This document shows positions 56,310 through 64,000 of a stretch of 64,000 nt of DNA, in pieces. Position 1 is the stretch's first letter. The number at the start of each line of letters is the position of its first letter. Under the pieces are notes generated by a model that worked only from the letters and a program-made list of their open reading frames with translations, was not told the origin of the DNA and searched no databases. Origin of the DNA: Patescibacteria group bacterium (GTDB lineage: Bacteria; Patescibacteriota; Patescibacteriia; UBA9570; JAHJKD01); assembly GCA_041660885.1 (NCBI GenBank), contig JBAZVM010000005.1, positions 23,568 through 87,567 on the forward strand, in the 5' to 3' direction. The position numbers were made by a program, and so were the translations under genes.

Positions 56310-56375
56310 GAATATAAATTATCATATTTGACTCTATTTGACAATAAAAAAATCGCGTGATATATTTTACCTAGT

Positions 56376-56402
56376 TATACCTATACCCCAGGTATAGGTA
56401 TA
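56376..56402. promoter_or_regulatory. perfect palindromic operator upstream of csoR
   Basis: TATACCTATACC-cca-GGTATAGGTATA (12-nt arms, each a TATACC doublet), 24 nt upstream of the csoR ATG. Confidence 0.65.
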
Positions 56403-56425
56403 CAATAATAAATAATTGCTTCATT

Positions 56426-56698
56426 ATGACCACAAAAAAAGAATCAGCCTTATTATGCTTTAAAAAAGCTTCCAGCACCATAAACACGGTAATGAAAATG
56501 CTTGAAGAAAACCGCTATTGCATCGATGTGATGCAGCAAAATTTAGCGGCTATCGGGCTTTTAAAATCCGCTCATCAATTACTAATGGAAAATCATTTAA
56601 GCACCTGTTTCAAAACGGCCATGAGCTCGAAAAACGAAAAAAAGAAAAAAGAAATGATCAAAGAAATTTTATCCGTTTCCAAAATAAGCAATAAATAA
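56426..56698 (+). CDS. csoR: CsoR/RcnR-family metal-sensing repressor
   Basis: EENRYCIDVMQQ...MENHLSTCF gives the C-H-C ligand pattern of copper-sensing CsoR. 90 aa. Confidence 0.85.
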   Translation: MTTKKESALLCFKKASSTINTVMKMLEENRYCIDVMQQNLAAIGLLKSAHQLLMENHLSTCFKTAMSSKNEKKKKEMIKEILSVSKISNK

Positions 56699-56703
56699 AA
56701 AAT

Positions 56704-57807
56704 ATGGATAAAACAGAAACAGAAAAAACAATCCCCTCTTGCTGCACTAATGATGACAATTTAAAACAAAAATTTCAGATAAAAGATTTGTTTATTGCCA
56801 TTGTTTTTGTATTAATGGTTCTGATAATATTTTGGGCTTTATCGGAACTGGGATTGCTTAATATTATTAATGTTTCTGATAAATCGTCTTTGTTTGCTTT
56901 TTTTATTCTGGGCTTAATCGCCGGCGTATCTTCTTGTGCTTCGTTGGTCGGCGGGTTGGTCCTAAGCATGAAGAAAACGCAACCACATATATTATTTAAT
57001 CTCAGCCGCTTGGTATCATTTGTTTTCTTTGGCGCTCTTTTAGGCGGTATCGGCAGCCAACTGCGCCTTTCTGCTTCTTTCACCTCCCTGTTGGTTATTG
57101 CCGTTTCCTTGGTAATGATTATTTTAGCATTTCGCATGCTGAACATTGCTTGGTTCAACCGAATTAAAATCCCCTATTTCAAGAAAATTTTAACACGAAC
57201 GGATTATATGCCATTAACCATGGGCTTTTTAACTTTTTTTCTTCCATGCGGATTTACCATGACCGCGCAAAGTCTGGCATTAATATCCGGAAGTTTCATC
57301 CAAGGAGCGCTAATTATGTTGATGTTTGCTTTAGGCACACTACCCATGTTGATCTTTATTGGCTTTACCTCTGTAAAATTCTCGCAAAAACCAAAATATT
57401 ATAATCAGTTCAATTATTTTGCCGCCATATTAATATTAATATTCGCTTTTTTCAATATTAATAATCAATTTAATATCTTGGGCTGGCCGAGTGTTACTAC
57501 CGTCAACCAAACAAAGGGTCTATCGATCTCTTCGAACAATCAGCAAATTATTAAAATGAATGCTTCATCCCAAGGATATTCTCCGAATTATTTTCAGGTA
57601 AAAGCCGGCGTTCCGGTACGTTGGGAAATTACCGATATGGGCACAAGCGGATGCACGAATGCTATAATCGCCAAAGGTTTATTCAACGACGAAATTAAAT
57701 TAATTCCCGGTAAAACAGTTACTAAAGAATTTACGCCGGAAAAACCGGGTAAATACGCCTTCAGCTGTTGGATGGGCATGATTTCCGGTACAATAGAAGT
57801 AATTTAA
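56704..57807 (+). CDS. TauE/DsbD-like membrane protein fused to a C-terminal cupredoxin-like domain
   Basis: N-terminal CC pair, ~7 TM. C-terminus YFQVKAGVPVRWEITDMGTSGCTNAII...GKYAFSCWMGMISGTIEV (Cys/Met-rich small beta domain). Confidence 0.7.
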   Translation: MDKTETEKTIPSCCTNDDNLKQKFQIKDLFIAIVFVLMVLIIFWALSELGLLNIINVSDKSSLFAFFILGLIAGVSSCASLVGGLVLSMKKTQPHILFNLSRLVSFVFFGALLGGIGSQLRLSASFTSLLVIAVSLVMIILAFRMLNIAWFNRIKIPYFKKILTRTDYMPLTMGFLTFFLPCGFTMTAQSLALISGSFIQGALIMLMFALGTLPMLIFIGFTSVKFSQKPKYYNQFNYFAAILILIFAFFNINNQFNILGWPSVTTVNQTKGLSISSNNQQIIKMNASSQGYSPNYFQVKAGVPVRWEITDMGTSGCTNAIIAKGLFNDEIKLIPGKTVTKEFTPEKPGKYAFSCWMGMISGTIEVI

Positions 57808-57815
57808 ATAAATTT

Positions 57816-60011
57816 ATGGAAAAAAACATTTTCATTATTACGGGGATGCATTGCGCGTCATGCGCTATGAATATTGAAACAGCCTTAAAAAAAGAAGCGG
57901 GCGTTAAATCAGCCAATGTAAATTTTGCTTCGGAAAAATTGCATCTTGAATACGATCCAATGATTATCGATCAAAAAAAAATCATCGCGTTAATCAAGAC
58001 TCTCGGGTACAACGCCATAGAAGCACCCGACCAGAGTATGGGGCACCATGATCACCAGCGTTTGGCTAAAGAGGGTGAAATAAAAAAACTGAAAAACAGG
58101 TTTATTCTGTCATTAATTTTCGGCGTACCTGTTCTTGTTTTTTCAATGATGGGAACGGGAAATTTATACGGTTTTATCCAAGGCGCTTTGGCGACCGCCG
58201 TAATTATTTCTTGCTTCAACATATGGCGCACGGGGTTTAAATCAATCTTACGGCTTTCGCCCGACATGTATTCTTTGATTTTTCTTGGCACGGCCGTAGC
58301 TTATTTTTACAGCTTAATATCTTCCATTTTAATGTTATTCAACATACCGATAGAAACGCATCTTTATTATGAAAGCGCGGCTTTGATTTTAGTGTTTATT
58401 TCTCTGGGAGAATATTTGCAAGCCATAACCAAGGGCCGAGCCGGCGACGCCATAAAAAAATTAATCGGCCTTCAATCTAAAGAGGCATTAATTATTAAGG
58501 ACGGCAAAGAAATAAAAACAGCCATAGAAAATGTAAAAGCGGGAGATATTATTATAGTAAAACCAGGAGAAAAAATTCCGGTAGACGGCATCGTGATCGA
58601 TGGTTATTCCGGCGTGGATGAAAAAGCCATAACCGGAGAAAGCATGCCCGTGGAAAAGAAAAAGGGAGACGGCCTGATTGGCGCCACTATCAATAAATCC
58701 GGGGTGCTGAAATTTAAAGCCACGAAAATCGGCCAAGACACCATGCTGGCTCAAATCATTCATACAGTCGAAGAAGCTATGGGTTCCAAAGCGCCTATTC
58801 AGCTTTTGGCGGATAAATTTTCTTTTTATTTTGTGCCCGCGGTTATTGGCATTGCCATATTATCTTTATTTACCTGGCTATTATTAGGCCAGTCTCTTGC
58901 TTTCTCTTTAACCATTTCCGTGGCCGTATTGATTGTGGCCTGCCCGTGCGCTTTAGGTTTGGCCACCCCCACCGCCGTTATGATGGGCACAGGCTTGGCC
59001 GCTAAAAACGGAATATTGATTAAAAACGGACAAGCATTGGAAAAAGCCAGAAATATTAATACTGTCGTGTTCGATAAAACAGGTACTCTCACCAAGGGAA
59101 ACCCCGTAGTAACAAAAATTATTAATATAACCGATGATCTACTTGATGTTTTGCAAATTGCCGCGTCTGTAGAAAAAAATTCCGAGCATCCTTTGGCTCA
59201 AGCGATTGTCAACAAAGCCACAGAGGAAAAAAAAGAGATATTAACGGTAAATAATTTTTCCGCCATACCAGGATATGGCGTAAGCGCGAGATTAAATAAC
59301 CATGATCAATTATTGGGTACAAAAAAATTAATGGCTGACAATCATATTGATATTTCCGTCTTGGAAGAAAAGATAACGGATCTGGAAAATAACGGCCAAA
59401 CCATTATGCTTTTGGCTCAAGATAAAAAAATAATTGGCTTGCTGGCCGTAGCCGATACGCTAAAAGAGCACGCCAAACAAGCTGTCGCTGAATTGCAATC
59501 TATAGGCAAAAAAGTGGCTATCTTAACCGGCGATAACGAGAGGGTGGGAAAAGCTATGGCCGAACAAGTGGGGGCGGATACGGTTTTGGCTGAAGTGCTT
59601 CCCTCGGAAAAAGCCCACGAAATTAAAAAACTGCAACAACAAGGCAATGTAGTGGCCATGGTAGGAGATGGCATTAACGACGCACCAGCTTTGGCCCAGG
59701 CTGATTTGGGCATAGCGCTTGGCTCTGGCACGGATATCGCCATGGAAACAGGAGAAATAATTTTAATTAAAGACGATCTGAGAGATGTTTTAAAAGCTAT
59801 TAATTTAAGCAACTACACTTTGCGTAAAATAAAACAGAACTTATTTTGGGCATTCTTTTACAATATTATCAGCATACCAATAGCCGCGGGAGTTTTATAT
59901 TCCTCCACGGGCTGGTTGCTAAACCCGTCCATAGCGGCCGCGGCTATGGCTTTCTCCTCTGTTAGCGTGGTTTTAAATTCATTATCCATGAAAAGATACA
60001 AAGGGAGGTAA
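57816..60011 (+). CDS. copA: copper-translocating P1B-type ATPase
   Basis: GMHCASCA metal-binding domain, ACPCALGLATP, DKTGTLT, GDGINDAP. Start trimmed to MEKNIF (ATG 57816). Confidence 0.95.
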   Translation: MEKNIFIITGMHCASCAMNIETALKKEAGVKSANVNFASEKLHLEYDPMIIDQKKIIALIKTLGYNAIEAPDQSMGHHDHQRLAKEGEIKKLKNRFILSLIFGVPVLVFSMMGTGNLYGFIQGALATAVIISCFNIWRTGFKSILRLSPDMYSLIFLGTAVAYFYSLISSILMLFNIPIETHLYYESAALILVFISLGEYLQAITKGRAGDAIKKLIGLQSKEALIIKDGKEIKTAIENVKAGDIIIVKPGEKIPVDGIVIDGYSGVDEKAITGESMPVEKKKGDGLIGATINKSGVLKFKATKIGQDTMLAQIIHTVEEAMGSKAPIQLLADKFSFYFVPAVIGIAILSLFTWLLLGQSLAFSLTISVAVLIVACPCALGLATPTAVMMGTGLAAKNGILIKNGQALEKARNINTVVFDKTGTLTKGNPVVTKIINITDDLLDVLQIAASVEKNSEHPLAQAIVNKATEEKKEILTVNNFSAIPGYGVSARLNNHDQLLGTKKLMADNHIDISVLEEKITDLENNGQTIMLLAQDKKIIGLLAVADTLKEHAKQAVAELQSIGKKVAILTGDNERVGKAMAEQVGADTVLAEVLPSEKAHEIKKLQQQGNVVAMVGDGINDAPALAQADLGIALGSGTDIAMETGEIILIKDDLRDVLKAINLSNYTLRKIKQNLFWAFFYNIISIPIAAGVLYSSTGWLLNPSIAAAAMAFSSVSVVLNSLSMKRYKGR

Positions 60012-60023
60012 ATAAAAGTAAAC

Positions 60024-60413
60024 TCACTTTAATTGTTTAAGAACTTTTTCTATTACATTATCTATTTTCCAATCCGCTTTTATTATATAATCAATAACGC
60101 CTAATTCTCTAGCCGTGCTTTCTTTGGCCGGATCCGATAGATTAGACAAAATAATCACCTTTATATCTTTGCCCCGTTTATCCTGGCGCAATTTTTTCAG
60201 CATTTCCACGCCGTCCATTTTAGGCAAAATGACGTCTAACAAAATTAAATTAGGTTTTTCTTTCAAAGCCATTTTTAAAGCCAGATCGCCGTCCTCGGCA
60301 TATAACACTTTTAAACCCTCCACTAAATTAAACTTTTTAGTTAATGAATATAGAATCGGCTTATCATCTTCCACTATTAATATTTTTTTAATTGGGGTTT
60401 TCATAGGTTGCAT
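60024..60413 (-). CDS. single-domain response regulator (CheY-like receiver)
   Basis: ILIVEDDKP, LILLDVILPKMDG, ILSNL...K. Confidence 0.85.
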   Translation of the reverse strand: MQPMKTPIKKILIVEDDKPILYSLTKKFNLVEGLKVLYAEDGDLALKMALKEKPNLILLDVILPKMDGVEMLKKLRQDKRGKDIKVIILSNLSDPAKESTARELGVIDYIIKADWKIDNVIEKVLKQLK

Positions 60414-60431
60414 ATTATTTTTTTATATTTT

Positions 60432-62747
60432 TTATGATAAATAATTAATCACTTCTAAATTTTTACTGCCTTTTTTTGGTTTCATTCCTCTTAAAGGAAA
60501 AGCCACAAAAAAAGTGGTTCCTTTTCCTAAAATAGAATTAAACCAAATACGGCTGCCGGTGGCATCTAGAATGGATTTGGCAATATAAAGCCCAAGGCCC
60601 GTGCCTTCGGTAGACATTTTCTGCGCATTGCTTGCTCGAAAAAATTTGGTAAAAATTTTCGGCTGATCTTCCGTGGGAATACCCACACCATGATCCTTAA
60701 TGGAAAGTAAAAACTCTTCTTTAGATTTTCTGATTTTTACAGTTATGATAGTTCTGGGTAAAGTGTAATGCACCGCGTTGGTAATAAGATTCTGCAAGAT
60801 GATTTTTAACAGCAAAGGATCGGCGTTAATCACGGATAATTTCGCCGAATAATCTTTTTTTATTATTATATGTTTTGCTTCTATGAAAGAAGCCAAATCC
60901 ACCAGCAATTCGTCTACTGTCCTGCTTAATATTACTTGCTTATTATTTACCGTAAAAGTGCCCAACTCTAATCTGGAAATATTAAGCAAGTTCCTAATGA
61001 GATCAGACATACGCTGAACGGACTTATATATCATTTTTATATTCTCTTTTTGCTTGTGAGTGGTAGCGCCAAAATCCCCCTCAAGCAACATTTCCGTTAA
61101 CCAATTAATACTGGCCAACGGCGTGCGCAACTGATGCGAAGCAAGGGAGACAAATTCGGTTTTCGCTTTGTCTATTTCTCGCTCTTTGGTTACATCGCGG
61201 AACACCACCACGCAGCCTATCACTTTGCCGGCATCATTAAAAAACGGTGAAGCGCTATCCGCAACGGGAATTCTTGTTCCATCTTTTTTTATAATCATCA
61301 TGTGATTGGTTAAAGACGACATTTTCCCCTTTTTCATGGCTTGGTCGATAAAATCTATACCGAATTTTTTCGTATCTTCTCTGATGATGTTAAGAATTTT
61401 TTTATAATGCTGGCCAATGGCTTCTTGGCTGGAAAAACCGGTAAATTGCGAAGCGATTTCATTAAAGACAATTATTTTTCCTTTGGCGTCACAAGCCATA
61501 ACTCCGTCGCCAATAGCCGCCAAAATTGTTTTTTCTTGCGATTTTCTAATATCTTCAATTATTTTTTCCAACCTAATGTGTTCAGTATTGTCATGGAAAA
61601 ATCCCATCAGGTACGTCTTACCATGCATTTTAACGATCGTGGCATTCACATCCGCATAAAAAACGCTACCGTTTTTCCGCAAAACCGGCAAATTGCGAGC
61701 TAAAGTGAAATCTCCTTTGGCCTGCCTTCTAAATTGGCCAAGAACATAAGGAAGATCCTTTTTGGGATGGATATCGTTAACTTTTAAGTTGCTAATTTCT
61801 TTTGCGCTATAGCCGAGCATATTTTGAATCGCATTATTGCCAATAAAAAATTTTTTACTGCCTTTTTCGGCCAGTATAATTCCGTCGCCGGCTTTATCAA
61901 AAATATTTTTAAATCTTTCCTCGGAAGTTTTTAACGCCAGCTCCACGTTTTTTTGTTCGGTTATGTCTCTGACTAACGCGTGCAGGAAAGGCCTGCCGTA
62001 TTGCTCCCCCCGGGATAATAGCACGCTGGCAAAAAATTCTTGCCCGTTTATCCTTTTATGTACCCATTCGAAATAGTTTGATCCTTTGCGCAGGGCAATA
62101 TTGATCATCTCCTTGGCTTTTTTGCTGGAAACTTGACCATCAGGCTGGAATTTGGGAGATAATTTCCATGGATCATAAGATAAAAAAACCGCTTCGCTTT
62201 TTGCTCGGAACATTTTTAAAGTGGCCGGATTACCCGAGGTAAATTTCCAATTCGGAGGATCTATGGTCATAATGGCATCTCGCGACGCAACAAACAAACT
62301 GTAGTATCTATATTCGCTCGCGCGTTTTTCTTGCTCCACTCTTCTCAGGGCGGTAATGTCTTCAATAGCCAAAAGAAGGATGCGCGGTTTTTTCGGCAAC
62401 CTGGGAATGCGCCGAGCATTCAAAAGCATGATTTTTTCCCCGATATCCTCAAACTTGTGTGCGACTTCGAAATTAGTAAAAGAATTATTTTTTGAAATGA
62501 TGCTTGTTAATAATTCTCGCAGTTTGGGAATGTTCCATTGCCGATTTCCTAAATTATAAATGAATTGGCCTTCGGTATGTTTGGGGTCAACTTTAAAAAT
62601 TTTATAAAATGACTTATTGGCGGAAATTACTTTTAAATCGGCGTTAAGCACAATCAAAGGCTCGCGTACTGTTTGCACTATGCCTTCGGCATATTCCAGC
62701 GCTTCTTCCATGGACAATTCTGGCTGATTTTTTTCTCTTATTCTCAT
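60432..62747 (-). CDS. multi-PAS sensor histidine kinase
   Basis: Several PAS-like segments, H-box SLASHQLRTPL, and HATPase N/G boxes (NLITNAVHYT, DHGVGI, GTGLGLYI). Confidence 0.9.
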   Translation of the reverse strand: MRIREKNQPELSMEEALEYAEGIVQTVREPLIVLNADLKVISANKSFYKIFKVDPKHTEGQFIYNLGNRQWNIPKLRELLTSIISKNNSFTNFEVAHKFEDIGEKIMLLNARRIPRLPKKPRILLLAIEDITALRRVEQEKRASEYRYYSLFVASRDAIMTIDPPNWKFTSGNPATLKMFRAKSEAVFLSYDPWKLSPKFQPDGQVSSKKAKEMINIALRKGSNYFEWVHKRINGQEFFASVLLSRGEQYGRPFLHALVRDITEQKNVELALKTSEERFKNIFDKAGDGIILAEKGSKKFFIGNNAIQNMLGYSAKEISNLKVNDIHPKKDLPYVLGQFRRQAKGDFTLARNLPVLRKNGSVFYADVNATIVKMHGKTYLMGFFHDNTEHIRLEKIIEDIRKSQEKTILAAIGDGVMACDAKGKIIVFNEIASQFTGFSSQEAIGQHYKKILNIIREDTKKFGIDFIDQAMKKGKMSSLTNHMMIIKKDGTRIPVADSASPFFNDAGKVIGCVVVFRDVTKEREIDKAKTEFVSLASHQLRTPLASINWLTEMLLEGDFGATTHKQKENIKMIYKSVQRMSDLIRNLLNISRLELGTFTVNNKQVILSRTVDELLVDLASFIEAKHIIIKKDYSAKLSVINADPLLLKIILQNLITNAVHYTLPRTIITVKIRKSKEEFLLSIKDHGVGIPTEDQPKIFTKFFRASNAQKMSTEGTGLGLYIAKSILDATGSRIWFNSILGKGTTFFVAFPLRGMKPKKGSKNLEVINYLS

Positions 62748-62899
62748 ATTTTTTTATTTAAACGCGTCTATCGAAAGCATTAATAAATAAAAGAAAATGA
62801 GCGTAATAATTATGTATTGGAAAAAATCAACTTGAGATGTTTAGTAAGTATACCAAATTATTTATTAACAGGCAAAAGTTTGCCATTTCGCGAAGATAG

Positions 62900-62973
62900 T
62901 CGGGGATCCGAGACTCGAACTCGGAATCTCACGCACCCGAAGCGTGCGCCATAGCCAATTAGGCCAATCCCCG
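62900..62973 (-). tRNA. tRNA-Pro (CGG)
   Basis: Manual fold on the minus strand: acceptor CGGGGAT/ATCCCCG, anticodon stem CACGC/GCGTG with loop TTCGGGT, T-arm CCGAG-TTCGAGT-CTCGG, discriminator A. CCA not encoded. Confidence 0.88.
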
Positions 62974-62999
62974 ACTATATTCACGATGTTAGGATACTA

Positions 63000-64000
63000 C
63001 TACAAACTAACGCCTCCTGTAAAGTTTTGCGCGAATCCCCAGAACCATGAAAGCAGGGACATTGCTCCATTTTCATAATCATATACGCGCACATTCGGGC
63101 TTTCTGCCGTGGGCGCCACTACTAATTCCAAATCCCAATTCTCATCCGTGTCGAATAAGCCGATGTTCATGCCATTATTATAGCCATTGCCGTAAGGAGT
63201 GACTTTATCTAAAAGCGCAATTTTCTTCTGTTTATTGTACTGGTATATTCGCAAATAAGAGCCGCCCTCGTTTGGCGCCAGAATTATTTCATCTCTGAAA
63301 TTACCGGTTAAATCAGCCGAGGCTAAATTATATCCCAAAGCAAAATTTATAATTTTCTTTTTAATTAACTTTAAATTTTCTCCTTTCAGACGATAAACTT
63401 TCAGCTGATTGCCATTGCTCTTTGGCGCCAATAAAATCTCCGCCTTGCCTTTTTTATCTATGTTGCCGATGGCTACGCTGGTTCCGCTATAATCGGTGGA
63501 AAAATAATTGTTAATTTGTCCTAATGGTTTTAGCCGGCTGCTCGCGAATTTAAATATTTTAACCGAAGCTTGCCCGGAATATGGCGCCACAACAATATCC
63601 GGTTTATTATTATCGTTTATATCCCCGATCGCGATATCTATGCCTCCGGTGAAGCTGGATGGATAAACTTTCTTGCTGATAACAAGCTTTAATTCTTCTT
63701 TCGTTTCATTGTATCTGTATATTTTTACTTGGTTATTGCCACTGCCTTGCGGGGCCACGATTATTTCTTGTTTTCCATTATCATCGATATCCCCCGCTTT
63801 TATGGTCAGGCCTTGCTTATGGTCTTCACTGAAAACTTTCTTCTCTGCCAATAAATGTCCGTCGGAATTATACACGGAAATTTTGGGCGTAAGGCCGGCT
63901 TTAGGCGTTACCACGATTTCCGCTGCTCTGTCTCCGTTCACATCGGCCTGCAATATATTGAATCCGCCCTGCCAGCTTTGGCTGAAAGCGTAAAATTGCG
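63000..64000 (-). CDS. FG-GAP/VCBS-repeat surface protein, 3' part (gene continues past right edge)
   Basis: Repeats such as GDIDDNGKQEIIVAP, GDINDNNKPDIVVAP and ADLTGNFRDEIILAP. The frame upstream of the track start (..YAFSQSWQGGFNILQADVNGD) stays open to position 64000. Confidence 0.75.
   Translation of the reverse strand, partial: QFYAFSQSWQGGFNILQADVNGDRAAEIVVTPKAGLTPKISVYNSDGHLLAEKKVFSEDHKQGLTIKAGDIDDNGKQEIIVAPQGSGNNQVKIYRYNETKEELKLVISKKVYPSSFTGGIDIAIGDINDNNKPDIVVAPYSGQASVKIFKFASSRLKPLGQINNYFSTDYSGTSVAIGNIDKKGKAEILLAPKSNGNQLKVYRLKGENLKLIKKKIINFALGYNLASADLTGNFRDEIILAPNEGGSYLRIYQYNKQKKIALLDKVTPYGNGYNNGMNIGLFDTDENWDLELVVAPTAESPNVRVYDYENGAMSLLSWFWGFAQNFTGGVSL

Noticed and set aside
62855-62880. 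Hairpin GGCAAA-ag-TTTGCC between tRNA-Pro and the histidine kinase, as a terminator.
   Set aside because: The loop is too small for the full stem and there is no T-run on the relevant strand, so it is not convincing.

Overview
This is an AT-rich, gene-dense window of about 75 genes, mostly on the minus strand. Gene content suggests a small-genome Patescibacteria/CPR-like bacterium. That call is an inference from archaeal-type pyrH, type-2 ileS, many giant secreted surface proteins, little biosynthesis and almost no Shine-Dalgarno motifs; there is no rRNA here to confirm it.

The recognisable core genes are tgt, recO, ileS, greA, cyclophilin, murJ, argS, smpB with an abutting tmRNA, infC-rpmI-rplT, tRNA-Asp, efp, pyrH, mltG, a manC-like gene, uppP, rlmN and tRNA-Pro. 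Accessory content includes:
- a csoR/TauE-cupredoxin/copA copper operon with a perfect palindromic operator
- a PAS histidine kinase plus response regulator
- two CDP-alcohol phosphatidyltransferases flanking a HAD phosphatase
- several large FN3, NHL, beta-helix, FG-GAP and beta-propeller surface proteins

I recognised no transposase, integrase, phage gene, CRISPR array or rRNA.

The most unusual observations are:
1. Two short GC-rich islands (about 13740-14172 and 15623-16490) sit in the AT-rich background. Each carries a canonical Shine-Dalgarno site that native genes lack. One encodes a full-length uridine phosphorylase followed by the decapitated start of a second foreign gene. The islands bracket four small native membrane or zinc-ribbon genes and share a 16-nt motif at their left junctions.
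2. A compact SOS module is present: a leaderless lexA with a GAAC-N4-GTTC box inside its promoter, a UmuC-like polymerase, and a convergent SRAP/YedK gene interrupted by TGA at the conserved Trp codon. The LexA C-terminal half looks UmuD-like.
3. Smaller items include a homopolymer frameshift in the manC-like gene, a palindrome supplying back-to-back -35 boxes for ileS and greA, and two previously unassigned domains shared between otherwise unrelated secreted proteins.

All functional calls come from reading motifs in the supplied translations. No database search was run.
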